Part shown: positions 29,434-46,866 of the stretch, piece by piece | How positions within the stretch are numbered: the first letter of the stretch is position 1 | Layout: each line of letters begins with the position of its first letter | Assembly: GCF_030384885.1 (NCBI RefSeq) | Contig: NZ_CP128613.1 | Reading direction: 5' to 3' (one strand) | Length of the DNA: 64,000 nucleotides | Source: Escherichia coli | Lineage (GTDB): Bacteria; Pseudomonadota; Gammaproteobacteria; Enterobacterales; Enterobacteriaceae | The notes under the pieces: generated by a model | What the model was told of the DNA's origin: nothing | Seen by the model: only the letters and a program-made list of their open reading frames with translations | The model's database searches: none | Translations under genes and position numbers: made by a program

Positions 29434-30234
29434 TTACTGGAATCGACTCACCAAGTCTTTCACCATCGATACATATGTTTTTTGTTTCAAATTAAACAGT
29501 TGCACTTCCGTAACATGGTCCTTTGATAGTTCTTTATTGCTCGTTTTTGTTATTCCAGCCGGCGGAAAAATTACTCTCGATTCATAATTCACCGGCGACC
29601 AGGTAGCCCACTCACCTGTTGCCACATCCACCAGCGTGAAACGTACCAGGTAGCGCAGGGAGATAGTGTCAGTGAGTTTTTCATTTTTATAGTCGGACCA
29701 TACTGTTGATTTCAGCGCAGAGTCATATTTTCCTGTCTGCAACGTATCATGGTAAACAATAATCGCTTTCTGATGCCCTTTCGCAGCCACAAAACGCAAT
29801 GCCTGCATCCAGTTCATATTTTCAGCACTGGCAACATCCTCGTTCTCATTTTTATCTTTATTTTTGTTACAAGTCAGAGGCTTTTGCCTGTCCGGGATAC
29901 CAGAGAATGTGGAAACAGTATAATATTTTCTCATCTCCTCCTGCATAATGGTTTCCGGTGCGCGACTGCCAGACTGGACAAGTATTACGGGAGAATTGAG
30001 AGGCACACGAAACTCATCTCCTTCAAGCGCAGCCTGAATATCCTCCTCGGATACAGCCAGAGTGGTTTCATTACCGAATAAATCTTTGTCTGTCAGTTGC
30101 GGGGGAATGTTTTTATTAATATTACTTTGTGTAACTTGAGCTTTTTTCTTTTTTTCATCAATAGAAGATTGAGAGGCACATCCTGCAAGCAGCGAGAATA
30201 ATACACATATGCAACAAACTTTTTTTGAATTCAT
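29434..30234 (-). CDS. yafT: lipoprotein of unknown function
   Basis: 266 aa with lipobox LLAGC; position adjacent to the tRNA-Asp gene. Confidence 0.7.
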   Translation of the reverse strand: MNSKKVCCICVLFSLLAGCASQSSIDEKKKKAQVTQSNINKNIPPQLTDKDLFGNETTLAVSEEDIQAALEGDEFRVPLNSPVILVQSGSRAPETIMQEEMRKYYTVSTFSGIPDRQKPLTCNKNKDKNENEDVASAENMNWMQALRFVAAKGHQKAIIVYHDTLQTGKYDSALKSTVWSDYKNEKLTDTISLRYLVRFTLVDVATGEWATWSPVNYESRVIFPPAGITKTSNKELSKDHVTEVQLFNLKQKTYVSMVKDLVSRFQ

Positions 30235-30500
30235 AATCGGACACTCCCTCGCCTGTCATAATGATTAGAATATTTAGCACTGATAACGGACTCTAATTAT
30301 ATACCCCACTTAAATAATAACAAACAAAATCAACATGAAATATACATTCATTTAGTCAATATAAAATTATTCTCTAAAAATATATTTAAGTTGAATGGTT
30401 CGATATCATTATTGAATTTTAATAAATGAGACAACAAGCGAGAGTTACGCACTTACGCCAGAGTAAAATCATTGAACAGAGAAATAGCGGGATTTAAATG

Positions 30501-30532
30501 CAAAAAACCGCAAAATTAAAAATCTTGCGGTT
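30501..30532 (-). terminator. intrinsic terminator downstream of tRNA-Asp (aspV)
   Basis: On the minus strand AACCGCAA-loop-TTGCGGTT followed by TTTTTG. Confidence 0.5.
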
Positions 30533-30559
30533 CTCTGAACTCATTTTCATGAGTAAATT

Positions 30560-30636
30560 TGGCGGAACGGACGGGACTCGAACCCGCGACCCCCTGCGTG
30601 ACAGGCAGGTATTCTAACCGACTGAACTACCGCTCC
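30560..30636 (-). tRNA. aspV: tRNA-Asp (GUC)
   Basis: Exact 77-nt match to the remembered E. coli tRNA-Asp sequence, CCA-encoded. Confidence 0.95.
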
Positions 30637-30768
30637 GCGTTGTGTTCCGTTGGGAACGAGGCGAATATTACGGATTGCCTCACCCTTCGTCAACGGTTTT
30701 TCTCATCTTTTGAATCGTTTGCTGCAAAAATCGCCCAAGTCGCTATTTTTAGCGCCTTTTACAGGTAT

Positions 30769-31500
30769 TTATGCCCGCCAGAGGCAGCTTCCGCCCTTTT
30801 TCTGCACCAGATCGAGACGGGCTTCATGTGCCGCAAGCTCTTCATCTGTCGCAAAAACAACGCGTAACTTACTTGCCTGACGCACAATGCGCTGAATTGT
30901 TGTTTCACCTTGTTGCTGTTGTGTCTCTCCTTCCATCGCAAAAGCCATCGACGTTTGACCACCAGTCATCGCCAGATAAACTTCCGCAAGGATCTGGGCA
31001 TCGAGTAATGCCCCGTGCAGCGTTCGTTTACTGTTATCTATTTCATAACGAGCACATAACGCATCAAGGCTGTTGCGCTTGCCAGGAAACATTTTCCTCG
31101 CCACCGCAAGGCTATCTGTGACCTTACAGAAGGTATTGGTCTTCGGAATATCGCGCTTGAGCAACGAAAACTCATAGTCCATAAAGCCGATATCGAACGC
31201 TGCGTTATGGATCACGAGCTCCGCGCCGCGAATATAGTTCATGAACTCATCGGCTACTTCGGCAAATGTGGGCTTATCGAGCAAAAACTCATCGGCAATA
31301 CCATGTACGCCAAAGGCTTCTGGATCCACCAGCCGATCGGGTTTGAGATAAACGTGAAAGTTATTGCCCGTCAGGCGACGGTTCACCACTTCAACGGCAC
31401 CAATCTCAATGATCTTGTGGCCTTCATAGTGCGCACCAATCTGGTTCATACCGGTGGTTTCGGTATCGAGAACGATCTGGCGTGTAATTGCAGTGCTCAT
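30769..31500 (-). CDS. dnaQ: DNA polymerase III epsilon subunit (3'-5' proofreading exonuclease)
   Basis: ORF 30769..31509 trimmed to [17 protein letters not shown] (243 aa). Confidence 0.95.
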
Positions 31501-31564
31501 AGCGGTCATTTATGTCAGACTTGTCATTTTACAGTTCGATTCAATTACAGGAAGTCTACCAGAG

Positions 31565-32032
31565 ATGCTTAAACAGGTAGAAATTTTCACCGATGGTTCG
31601 TGTCTGGGTAATCCTGGACCCGGGGGTTACGGCGCTATTTTACGCTATCGCGGACGCGAGAAAACCTTTAGCGCTGGCTACACCCGCACCACCAACAACC
31701 GTATGGAGTTGATGGCCGCTATTGTCGCGCTGGAGGCGTTAAAAGAACATTGCGAAGTCATTTTGAGTACCGACAGCCAGTATGTCCGCCAGGGGATCAC
31801 CCAGTGGATCCATAACTGGAAAAAACGTGGCTGGAAAACAGCAGACAAAAAACCAGTAAAAAATGTCGATCTCTGGCAACGTCTTGATGCTGCATTGGGG
31901 CAGCATCAAATCAAATGGGAATGGGTTAAAGGCCATGCCGGACACCCGGAAAACGAACGCTGTGATGAACTGGCTCGTGCTGCGGCGATGAATCCCACAC
32001 TGGAAGATACAGGCTATCAAGTCGAAGTTTAA
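31565..32032 (+). CDS. rnhA: ribonuclease HI
   Basis: ORF 31454..32032 trimmed to [23 protein letters not shown] (155 aa); divergent from dnaQ. Confidence 0.95.
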
Positions 32033-32751
32033 GCCTGTGGTTTACGACATTGCCGGGTGGCACCAACCGCCTGGCGAATTCGTGGCTTGTTTTTACTCTG
32101 TTTCATCGGATTTAGCGTTAAAGGAATAGTCCGTTTCCGGGCAACGATAAGTTGTAAGCAACCAAGCGCAGGAATATGCGCATTCAATAGTTTTCCACCG
32201 TGTTTGTTCCACGGGAGAACGTGGAAACGGCTGGCGTGCAGCACTTCAAAATTCAACAAAGAGAGCCAGTCCAGTTGCCGCATCAGAGTAAACATCCGGC
32301 TGTTATAGGGCGAGTTTTTTCGCAATACCGGCACAAGTTTGCGCAATCCCATTAAACTGATGGGATTAAAGCCACTAATGACCAGCCAGCCATCATCAAT
32401 CAATACCCGATCGGTTTCACGCAATAAACGATGCGGATCGGTGCACCACGGCAATGTATGTGCCAGTAGACAAACATCAACGGATTTATCGGCAAAAGGA
32501 AGATGAAGTGGGTCCGCCTGCACCTGGACGGGCATTCCTTGCGCAGAAACATTCACTTGATGAGAAACCGCGCACGCTTCGCAATTGATTTCTGCGCTTA
32601 AATTGCCAATCTTAAGCAGATGAAAACCATACATTTTAGTGAACCACGGGTTGAGCTGGCGCTCCAGCGCCTTGCGATAAAGCTCTCCCCAGGGCAAATC
32701 GCCCCAGCAATCAGGAGCCACGACAGTTTGAGGGACTCTTGCTGGTTTCAT
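32029..32751 (-). CDS. yafS: SAM-dependent methyltransferase-like protein
   Basis: ORF 32029..32769; start possibly the internal Met; synteny between rnhA and gloB. Confidence 0.8.
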
Positions 32752-32781
32752 CACAACCTTCCGTTTCACACTGAGAGGTAA

Positions 32782-33540
<759 letters not shown>

Positions 33541-33611
33541 TAAAACTTTCTTGTCATCGGCTCCGTTCGCCGTTATGATCGGTCGTCTTTTAAGCAACTA
33601 TTGACACACAC

Positions 33612-34970
33612 ATGAAGGCAAAAGCGATATTACTCGCCTCTGTCCTGCTCGTGGGTTGCCAGAGTACCGGCAACGTTCAACAGCACGCACAGAGCCTTTC
33701 TGCAGCTGGTCAAGGGGAAGCAGCAAAGTTTACAAGTCAGGCACGATGGATGGACGATGGGACGTCTATCGCGCCAGATGGTGACTTGTGGGCTTTCATT
33801 GGCGACGAGCTAAAGATGGGAATTCCGGAAAATGACCGGATTCGCGAACAGAAACAGAAATATTTACGCAATAAGAGCTATCTCCACGATGTAACTTTAC
33901 GGGCAGAGCCGTATATGTACTGGATAGCTGGGCAAGTTAAAAAACGTAACATGCCTATGGAACTGGTACTACTACCCATAGTGGAGAGCGCTTTTGATCC
34001 TCACGCGACGTCTGGCGCCAATGCCGCAGGCATCTGGCAGATCATTCCGAGCACGGGGCGCAATTATGGTTTGAAACAGACCCGCAATTATGACGCGCGT
34101 CGCGATGTTGTTGCTTCAACGACTGCCGCGCTGAACATGATGCAGCGTCTGAACAAGATGTTTGACGGCGACTGGCTTCTGACCGTAGCGGCTTATAACA
34201 GCGGCGAAGGTCGGGTCATGAAGGCAATTAAAACGAACAAAGCGCGTGGGAAATCCACGGACTTCTGGTCGTTACCGTTGCCGCAGGAAACGAAACAGTA
34301 CGTGCCTAAAATGCTGGCATTGAGTGATATTCTCAAAAACAGCAAGCGTTATGGTGTACGTCTGCCAACGACTGATGAAAGCCGTGCTCTGGCGCGTGTG
34401 CACCTGAGCAGCCCGGTTGAAATGGCGAAGGTTGCAGATATGGCGGGAATTTCCGTCAGCAAGCTGAAGACATTCAACGCTGGCGTGAAAGGCTCCACGC
34501 TGGGCGCAAGTGGCCCGCAGTACGTGATGGTGCCAAAGAAGCATGCAGATCAACTGCGTGAATCTCTGGCTTCAGGCGAAATTGCTGCTGTACAGTCGAC
34601 GCTGGTTGCCGACAATACGCCGCTTAACAGCCGTGTTTACACCGTACGCTCTGGCGACACGCTTTCAAGTATCGCTTCACGTCTCGGCGTAAGCACCAAA
34701 GATTTGCAGCAGTGGAACAAACTGCGCGGATCTAAGCTGAAGCCAGGCCAAAGTTTGACGATTGGTGCAGGCAGTAGCGCACAGCGGTTGGCAAACAACA
34801 GCGATAGCATTACGTATCGTGTGCGCAAAGGCGATTCGCTTTCAAGCATTGCTAAACGCCACGGCGTGAACATCAAAGATGTGATGCGCTGGAACAGCGA
34901 CACTGCGAATCTGCAACCAGGCGATAAGCTGACGTTGTTTGTGAAAAACAACAACATGCCAGATTCCTGA
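33612..34970 (+). CDS. mltD: membrane-bound lytic murein transglycosylase D
   Basis: 452 aa; lipoprotein signal (LLVGC), SLT domain and two C-terminal LysM repeats. Confidence 0.9.
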   Translation: MKAKAILLASVLLVGCQSTGNVQQHAQSLSAAGQGEAAKFTSQARWMDDGTSIAPDGDLWAFIGDELKMGIPENDRIREQKQKYLRNKSYLHDVTLRAEPYMYWIAGQVKKRNMPMELVLLPIVESAFDPHATSGANAAGIWQIIPSTGRNYGLKQTRNYDARRDVVASTTAALNMMQRLNKMFDGDWLLTVAAYNSGEGRVMKAIKTNKARGKSTDFWSLPLPQETKQYVPKMLALSDILKNSKRYGVRLPTTDESRALARVHLSSPVEMAKVADMAGISVSKLKTFNAGVKGSTLGASGPQYVMVPKKHADQLRESLASGEIAAVQSTLVADNTPLNSRVYTVRSGDTLSSIASRLGVSTKDLQQWNKLRGSKLKPGQSLTIGAGSSAQRLANNSDSITYRVRKGDSLSSIAKRHGVNIKDVMRWNSDTANLQPGDKLTLFVKNNNMPDS

Positions 34971-34985
34971 CAAACCAGATAATAA

Positions 34986-35016
34986 AAAGGCACCGATTCC
35001 CCCGGTGCCTTTTTTA
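34986..35016 (+). terminator. intrinsic terminator after mltD (bidirectional with yafE)
   Basis: GGCACCG-ATTCCCC-CGGTGCC followed by TTTTTTATTT. Confidence 0.6.
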
Positions 35017-35017
35017 T

Positions 35018-35788
35018 TTATGCCGCTTTATGTGCTTCTACCATGATGATATCACTGGTGAAAGAGCCATCATTCTGCAAGGCAAAATACGTTTTCACCT
35101 CTGTCGATGCGCTCTGTTGGTAAATGCGAATAGCGTCTACTAACGCTTCTGGCGTACGCATTCTCACGACCCATGAAGAAAATTCCAGCGGTAACTTATC
35201 TGTAATTAAATTATCAACTATCAGATTGGCTTCATTGATTAACGTCAACCACTCACCGCTGGCGTAGTTTCGTACGTGTGAGGTATCGCGTAATGCTTCT
35301 GCCGTCTGTAACCAGATGTCGCGCACTGGGTGACCCGGAGACATTACGTCCATCACAATCAGCTTACCGCCAGGTTTCAATATCCGATTCACTTCACGCA
35401 GTGCTGCACCAACATCATGCCAGTGATGGGCAGAATAACGGCTGATAACAATATCAAATGCGTTATCGGCAAATGGCAGACTTTCGGCATAACCCTGGCG
35501 GGTGGTGATATTTTTCAGTTGCCGGGCTTCCGCAGCTTGTGCCACGACATCCAGCATTTGGGCAGATAAGTCATACGCCACCACCGCGCTAACGTTCTGC
35601 GCAGCGACAAAGCTGGCATGCCCTGCTCCGCAGCCCATATCAAGTACACTTGCATCAGGATAATCAGCCAGACGCACCGCCAGGCGCTGTAAATCTCGCC
35701 CGGATGCATGTACGGTACTGGTTAAATACTCACTGGCCTGCGAGCTAAACTGCTTTTCTACGTGGTCATGGTGGGATTGTGTTGTCAT
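35018..35788 (-). CDS. yafE: SAM-dependent methyltransferase
   Basis: 256 aa; methyltransferase motif I VLDMGCGAGH. Confidence 0.8.
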   Translation of the reverse strand: MTTQSHHDHVEKQFSSQASEYLTSTVHASGRDLQRLAVRLADYPDASVLDMGCGAGHASFVAAQNVSAVVAYDLSAQMLDVVAQAAEARQLKNITTRQGYAESLPFADNAFDIVISRYSAHHWHDVGAALREVNRILKPGGKLIVMDVMSPGHPVRDIWLQTAEALRDTSHVRNYASGEWLTLINEANLIVDNLITDKLPLEFSSWVVRMRTPEALVDAIRIYQQSASTEVKTYFALQNDGSFTSDIIMVEAHKAA

Positions 35789-35864
35789 TGCGCTGTCCTT
35801 TTATTGTTTGATTAAAAAGGGCAGCGCCAAACGTTGGTCTGCCCTGTGGCAGACCTGACATACC

Positions 35865-36716
<852 letters not shown>

Positions 36717-36905
36717 CTACTGTTATAGGGATTTTAGCTCACTCTTTCAACGAGCAATTGTATATTGTTATGTAAGCAAGTGCTTACACCGGTCAGAAAT
36801 TTGCTCATTATTGAGAACATTAAATCGGATGACATATCACGCATCCTGATGGTTTAATGACAAATAAATTCAAAATATCTCATCTATTTTGCAACAGGAG
36901 CAAAA

Positions 36906-37820
36906 ATGAAAGCCACGTCGGAAGAACTCGCCATTTTTGTTTCGGTCGTCGAAAGCGGCAGCTTTAGCCGGGCAGCGGAACAATTAGGGCAAGCAAACTC
37001 AGCGGTAAGCCGGGCGGTGAAAAAGCTGGAGATGAAACTTGGCGTTAGCCTGCTTAATCGGACCACGCGGCAACTTAGCCTGACGGAAGAAGGCGAGCGT
37101 TATTTTCGTCGCGTACAGTCAATTTTGCAGGAGATGGCAGCGGCAGAATCAGAAATTATGGAGACGCGTAATACACCGCGTGGACTGTTGCGCATCGATG
37201 CCGCAACTCCAGTGGTGCTGCACTTTCTGATGCCGTTAATTAAGCCTTTCCGTGAACGCTATCCGGAAGTTACTTTATCGCTAGTCTCCTCCGAAACGAT
37301 TATTAATTTGATCGAAAGAAAAGTGGATGTCGCGATACGCGCCGGTACGTTAACGGATTCCAGCTTACGTGCCAGGCCGTTATTTAACAGTTATCGAAAA
37401 ATTATCGCCTCCACCGATTATATTTCCCGCTATGGGAAGCCAGAAACGCTCGACGATTTAAAGCAACATGTTTGCCTGGGATTCACTGAACCCGCTTCCC
37501 TTAATACTTGGCCGATAGCCTGTAGCGATGGACAATTACATGAGGTGAAGTACGGTTTGTCATCCAATAGTGGGGAAACACTGAAACAGCTTTGCCTGAG
37601 TGGCAACGGGATTGCGTGTTTGTCCGACTACATGATCGACAGAGAAATCGCTCACGGAGAATTGGTGGAGTTAATGGCAGATAAAGTGTTGCCAGTGGAA
37701 ATGCCATTTAGTGCAGTCTATTACAGCGACCGTGCGGTAAGTACGCGTATCCGGGCTTTTATCGATTTCCTTAGCGAGCATGTAAAAACAGCTCCCGAAG
37801 GAGCTGTCAGAGAGTCTTAA
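36906..37820 (+). CDS. yafC: LysR-family transcriptional regulator
   Basis: 304 aa; N-terminal LysR HTH. Confidence 0.85.
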   Translation: MKATSEELAIFVSVVESGSFSRAAEQLGQANSAVSRAVKKLEMKLGVSLLNRTTRQLSLTEEGERYFRRVQSILQEMAAAESEIMETRNTPRGLLRIDAATPVVLHFLMPLIKPFRERYPEVTLSLVSSETIINLIERKVDVAIRAGTLTDSSLRARPLFNSYRKIIASTDYISRYGKPETLDDLKQHVCLGFTEPASLNTWPIACSDGQLHEVKYGLSSNSGETLKQLCLSGNGIACLSDYMIDREIAHGELVELMADKVLPVEMPFSAVYYSDRAVSTRIRAFIDFLSEHVKTAPEGAVRES

Positions 37821-38620
37821 TCCCATTCAGGAGCCAGACCTGCCGGGCTAACCAGGCGGTCGTTGCAATCCAGTGCGGCGATCGCTTTTTTATCTTCGGC
37901 ATCAAGCTGTAAATTTTGTGCCTTAAGATTACTCTCCAGGTTTTCACGTTTAGTAGAAGAAGGAATTACTGAGTAACCTTCCCCCATAGCCCACGCCAGA
38001 ATCACTTGTGCCGGAGTCGCATTGTGTTTAGCTGCAATACGAGCAATAACCTCATCTTTCAGGGCATTCCCATATGCCAGCGTCATATAGGAAGTAATAT
38101 GGATGCCGTGCTGTTTAGCCCAATCGACTACTTTACGGTATTGCAGATAAGGAGAGAGTTCAATCTGGTTGGTAGCGATATTTTCAGCGCCAACAGCAGC
38201 AATCGCTTTTTCCATCAATGGGATCGTGAAGTTGGAAATACCGATCTCACACGTCAGACCTTGTTTTTTGGCTTCCAGCAGCGCCTGCATAAACTCTTCA
38301 ACAGAGACTTCATCGTTTGGTGACGGCCAGTGGATTAGCGCCAGATCAACATAATCGGTACGCAATTTTTGCAGACTCTCTTTCAGACTCGGGATCAGTT
38401 TGTCTTTGCTGAGATTTTCAATCCAGATTTTAGTGGTGATATAGAGTTCATTACGAGGCACGCCACTTTCTGCAATCGCCTGACCTACTGCGGCTTCGTT
38501 ATCATAGATTTGTGCGGTATCGATTGCGCGATAACCAAGTTCAAGCGCCGTTTTCACAGATGAAATAACAACGTCGTCTTTCAGACGAAAAGTACCTAAA
38601 CCAAATGCAGGGATAGCCAT
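37817..38620 (-). CDS. dkgB: 2,5-diketo-D-gluconate reductase B (aldo-keto reductase)
   Basis: 267 aa aldo-keto reductase; convergent 4-nt overlap with yafC. Confidence 0.9.
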   Translation of the reverse strand: MAIPAFGLGTFRLKDDVVISSVKTALELGYRAIDTAQIYDNEAAVGQAIAESGVPRNELYITTKIWIENLSKDKLIPSLKESLQKLRTDYVDLALIHWPSPNDEVSVEEFMQALLEAKKQGLTCEIGISNFTIPLMEKAIAAVGAENIATNQIELSPYLQYRKVVDWAKQHGIHITSYMTLAYGNALKDEVIARIAAKHNATPAQVILAWAMGEGYSVIPSSTKRENLESNLKAQNLQLDAEDKKAIAALDCNDRLVSPAGLAPEWD

Positions 38621-38742
38621 AATATGCCTCTTTTGATGCTATGTTCGTTAACTGAGATGATTATGGACTTTAGACTGTTGCGGGAAAAGGGCGTAAAACG
38701 CAGAGGATTTTTGCGATTTTGGCAATAATAGAAATACAGACG

Positions 38743-38771
38743 AAAAAAAAACCTCGAGCGTTAACTCGAGG
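38743..38771 (-). terminator. rRNA operon terminator
   Basis: Minus strand CCTCGAG-TTAACG-CTCGAGG followed by a T9 run. Confidence 0.55.
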
Positions 38772-38783
38772 CTTCTTAATAAG

Positions 38784-38860
38784 TGGCGGAACGGACGGGA
38801 CTCGAACCCGCGACCCCCTGCGTGACAGGCAGGTATTCTAACCGACTGAACTACCGCTCC
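38784..38860 (-). tRNA. aspU: tRNA-Asp (GUC), distal gene of the rRNA operon
   Basis: 77 nt, identical to the aspV copy at 30560..30636. Confidence 0.95.
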
Positions 38861-38912
38861 ACCGAATTCTTTTACAACCACCGGTTTTATGACCGGCTTA
38901 CTGCTTAATTTG

Positions 38913-39032
38913 ATGCCTGGCAGTTCCCTACTCTCGCATGGGGAGACCCCACACTACCATCGGCGCTACGGCGTTTCACTTCTGAGTTCGGCATGGGGTC
39001 AGGTGGGACCACCGCGCTAAGGCCGCCAGGCA
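38913..39032 (-). rRNA. rrfH: 5S ribosomal RNA
   Basis: 120 nt matching E. coli 5S (TGCCTGGCGGCC...GCCAGGCAT). Confidence 0.95.
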
Positions 39033-39130
39033 AATTCTGTTTATCAACACGTCATGTTCTGACCTGTCGATGTCATCTGTATCAAGCTTACTTGTCGATG
39101 TCTCTTCCGCCAAAACACCTTCGGCGTTGT

Positions 39131-42035
<2,905 letters not shown>

Positions 42036-42218
42036 TCACAACCCGAAGATGTTTCTTGCGATTCATCATCGTGTTGCGAAAATTTGAGAGACTCACGAAC
42101 AACTTTCGTTGTTCAGTGTTTCAATTTTCAGCTTGATCCAGATTTTTAAAGAGCAAAACTTCGCAGTGAACCTTTGCAGGTACACTCTGAAGTATTTTTT
42201 ATTTAATCACTACAGAGA

Positions 42219-42294
42219 TGGTGGAGCTATGCGGGATCGAACCGCAGACCTCCTGCGTGCAAAGCAGGCGCTCTCCCAGCTGAGCTATAGCCCC
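42219..42294 (-). tRNA. alaV: tRNA-Ala (UGC), spacer tRNA
   Basis: 76 nt, GGGGCTATAGCTCAGCTGGGAGAGCGCCTGCTTTGCACGCAGG... Confidence 0.95.
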
Positions 42295-42336
42295 ATAACA
42301 TGTAGTTAAAACCTCTTCAAATTTGCGGTGCAAATT

Positions 42337-42413
<77 letters not shown>

Positions 42414-42481
42414 GTAGAGGTTTTACTGCTCATTTTCATCAGACAATCTGTGTGAGCACTGCAAAGTACAGTTCTTTAAGG

Positions 42482-44023
<1,542 letters not shown>

Positions 44024-44190
44024 AAAAGTTTGATGCTCAAAGAATTAAACTTCGTAATGAATTACGTGTTCACTCTTGAGACTTGGTATTCATTTTTCGT
44101 CTTGCGACGTTAAGAATCCGTATCTTCGAGTGCCCACACAGATTGTCTGATAAATTGTTAAAGAGCAGTTGCGACGCGGCTTTCAGCTCA

Positions 44191-44237
44191 CTGTCGCGAG
44201 GTGGCGTATATTACGCTTTCCTCTTTCAGAGTCAACC
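44191..44237 (-). promoter_or_regulatory. rRNA operon promoter P2
   Basis: Minus strand TTGACTCTGAAAGAGGAAAGCGTAATATACGCCACCTCGCGACAGTG (-35 TTGACT, -10 TAATAT). Confidence 0.6.
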
Positions 44238-44304
44238 CTGAATTTCAGGATTTTTTCTCTTCAACCGAACCGGCTGTTTGTGTGAAGTGATTCACATCCG
44301 CCGT

Positions 44305-44375
44305 GTCGATGGAGGCGCATTATAGGGAGTCGTCTCAGGAAGACAAGCGGAAAAATGCATTTTTATTTCAACCGC
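44305..44375 (-). promoter_or_regulatory. rRNA operon promoter P1 with AT-rich UP element
   Basis: Minus strand CTTGTCTTCCTGAGACGACTCCCTATAATGCGCCTCC; AT-rich tract upstream. Confidence 0.6.
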
Positions 44376-44389
44376 TCATCTTTTAATCA

Positions 44390-44962
44390 TTACGCCGGTT
44401 TTTGCTGCTTTTTTATCGCTTGCGGCAGGTCTGCCAGGCTATTTAACACCCAATCCGCCGCGTTTTCTGCTTCAGGCGTAATAGGTTTTCCCGTACGCAC
44501 CAGCACTTTTGTTCCCACGTTCGCCGCAGCCGCTGCCTGCATATCTTCTAATTTATCGCCCACCATATAAGAAGCGGCCATATCAATATGCAAATAATCG
44601 CGTGCTGACAAAAGCATCCCCGGATGTGGTTTGCGGCAGTCGCAGACCTGGCGAAACTCTTCAACACTACCCTGCGGATGATGCGGGCAATAATAGATAC
44701 CATCCAGATCGACATCGCGGTCCGCCAGCGACCAGTCCATCCACTCGGTCAGCGTTTCAAACTGTGCTTCAGTAAATTTACCGCGAGCAATGCCAGACTG
44801 GTTGGTTACTACCACCAGCGCAAAGCCCATTTTTTTTAGCTCGCGCATGGCGTCAATAACACCGTCGATAAATTCAAAGTTGTCGATCTCATGGACATAG
44901 CCGTGATCGACATTAATGGTGCCATCACGGTCAAGAAAAATTGCGGGTACGCTCTTCGCCAC
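44390..44962 (-). CDS. gmhB: D-glycero-D-manno-heptose 1,7-bisphosphate phosphatase
   Basis: 190 aa HAD-family; DRDGT motif. Confidence 0.9.
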   Translation of the reverse strand: MAKSVPAIFLDRDGTINVDHGYVHEIDNFEFIDGVIDAMRELKKMGFALVVVTNQSGIARGKFTEAQFETLTEWMDWSLADRDVDLDGIYYCPHHPQGSVEEFRQVCDCRKPHPGMLLSARDYLHIDMAASYMVGDKLEDMQAAAAANVGTKVLVRTGKPITPEAENAADWVLNSLADLPQAIKKQQKPA

Positions 44963-45043
44963 CTTTTATAGCTCCTTAATAAGGCATGTGACGCTAGTAT
45001 CGCATGTTTCGACCTGCAAGAAAGTGCTCTTCGCATAAACCTG

Positions 45044-45075
45044 ATTGATTTAGACGTCTGGATGCCTTAACATCC
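45044..45075 (+). promoter_or_regulatory. putative MetJ operator (tandem met boxes) upstream of metN
   Basis: AGACGTCT consensus box at 45052..45059 followed by degenerate 8-bp repeats (GGATGCCT, TAACATCC). Confidence 0.45.
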
Positions 45076-45149
45076 ATTTCATTGACGGCTTTGACCGTTT
45101 CAGGCATTCGAAATGCCACGACTAACTTAATGACGATAATAAATAATCA

Positions 45150-46181
45150 ATGATAAAACTTTCGAATATCACCAAAGTGTTCCACCAGGGCACCCGCACC
45201 ATCCAGGCGTTGAACAACGTCAGCCTGCATGTGCCAGCTGGACAAATTTATGGCGTTATCGGTGCCTCAGGTGCGGGTAAAAGTACGCTTATCCGTTGTG
45301 TAAACCTGCTGGAGCGCCCAACCGAGGGTAGCGTGCTGGTCGATGGTCAGGAACTGACCACGCTGTCAGAATCCGAGTTGACCAAAGCTCGCCGCCAGAT
45401 TGGTATGATTTTCCAGCATTTTAACCTGCTCTCTTCGCGCACTGTTTTTGGCAACGTGGCACTGCCGCTGGAGCTGGACAACACGCCGAAAGACGAGATT
45501 AAACGTCGCGTGACAGAATTACTGTCATTGGTTGGTCTTGGCGATAAGCATGATAGTTACCCGTCTAACCTTTCCGGTGGGCAGAAACAACGTGTGGCGA
45601 TTGCCCGTGCGTTAGCCAGCAATCCCAAAGTATTGCTGTGTGATGAGGCCACCAGCGCGCTGGACCCGGCAACAACACGTTCTATTCTCGAACTGCTGAA
45701 AGACATCAATCGTCGTCTGGGTTTGACGATTCTGTTGATCACCCACGAAATGGACGTTGTGAAGCGCATTTGTGATTGCGTGGCGGTGATCAGTAATGGC
45801 GAGTTGATCGAGCAGGACACGGTAAGTGAAGTGTTCTCGCATCCGAAAACGCCGCTAGCGCAGAAGTTTATTCAGTCGACCCTGCATCTGGATATCCCGG
45901 AAGACTATCAGGAACGACTGCAAGCGGAACCATTCGCTGACTGCGTGCCGATGCTGCGTCTGGAGTTTACCGGTCAATCGGTCGATGCCCCGCTGCTTTC
46001 TGAAACCGCGCGTCGTTTCAACGTCAATAACAACATTATTAGCGCGCAGATGGATTACGCCGGTGGCGTTAAGTTCGGCATCATGCTGACTGAAATGCAC
46101 GGCACACAACAAGATACGCAAGCCGCCATTGCCTGGCTGCAGGAACACCATGTAAAAGTAGAGGTACTGGGTTATGTCTGA
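45150..46181 (+). CDS. metN: methionine ABC transporter ATP-binding protein
   Basis: 343 aa; Walker [13 protein letters not shown] signature LSGGQKQR. Confidence 0.95.
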   Translation: MIKLSNITKVFHQGTRTIQALNNVSLHVPAGQIYGVIGASGAGKSTLIRCVNLLERPTEGSVLVDGQELTTLSESELTKARRQIGMIFQHFNLLSSRTVFGNVALPLELDNTPKDEIKRRVTELLSLVGLGDKHDSYPSNLSGGQKQRVAIARALASNPKVLLCDEATSALDPATTRSILELLKDINRRLGLTILLITHEMDVVKRICDCVAVISNGELIEQDTVSEVFSHPKTPLAQKFIQSTLHLDIPEDYQERLQAEPFADCVPMLRLEFTGQSVDAPLLSETARRFNVNNNIISAQMDYAGGVKFGIMLTEMHGTQQDTQAAIAWLQEHHVKVEVLGYV

Positions 46182-46827
46182 GCCGATGATGTGGCTGCTG
46201 GTTCGTGGCGTATGGGAAACGCTGGCAATGACCTTCGTATCCGGTTTTTTTGGTTTTGTGATTGGCCTGCCGGTTGGCGTCCTGCTTTATGTCACGCGTC
46301 CGGGGCAAATTATTGCTAACGCGAAGCTGTATCGTACCGTTTCTGCGATTGTGAACATTTTCCGATCCATCCCGTTCATTATCTTGCTGGTATGGATGAT
46401 TCCGTTTACTCGCGTTATTGTCGGTACATCGATTGGTTTGCAAGCAGCGATTGTTCCGCTGACAGTTGGTGCAGCACCGTTTATTGCCCGTATGGTCGAG
46501 AACGCTCTGCTGGAGATCCCAACCGGGTTAATTGAAGCTTCCCGCGCAATGGGTGCCACGCCAATGCAGATCGTCCGTAAAGTGCTGTTACCGGAGGCGT
46601 TGCCAGGTCTGGTGAATGCGGCAACTATCACCCTGATTACCCTGGTTGGTTATTCCGCAATGGGTGGCGCAGTCGGTGCCGGTGGTTTAGGTCAGATTGG
46701 CTATCAGTATGGCTACATCGGCTACAACGCGACGGTGATGAATACGGTACTGGTATTGCTGGTCATTCTGGTTTATTTAATTCAGTTCGCAGGCGACCGC
46801 ATCGTCCGGGCTGTCACTCGCAAATAA
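46174..46827 (+). CDS. metI: methionine ABC transporter permease
   Basis: 217 aa polytopic permease; 8-nt overlap with metN. Confidence 0.95.
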   Translation: MSEPMMWLLVRGVWETLAMTFVSGFFGFVIGLPVGVLLYVTRPGQIIANAKLYRTVSAIVNIFRSIPFIILLVWMIPFTRVIVGTSIGLQAAIVPLTVGAAPFIARMVENALLEIPTGLIEASRAMGATPMQIVRKVLLPEALPGLVNAATITLITLVGYSAMGGAVGAGGLGQIGYQYGYIGYNATVMNTVLVLLVILVYLIQFAGDRIVRAVTRK

Positions 46828-46866
46828 CGTTCAACACAACATAAATAATTGAAGAAGGAATAAGGT

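Noticed and set aside
29434-30234. yafT as a possible additional immunity or effector gene of the hcp module
   Set aside because: It is on the opposite strand, has a lipoprotein signal and, as I recall, is conserved next to aspV even in strains lacking the island; treated as a flanking gene, though its function remains unknown.
21700-30640. Searched the island for an integrase or recombinase gene and for tRNA-derived direct repeats
   Set aside because: None recognised by eye; the island seems bounded by recombination scars rather than a site-specific integration module.
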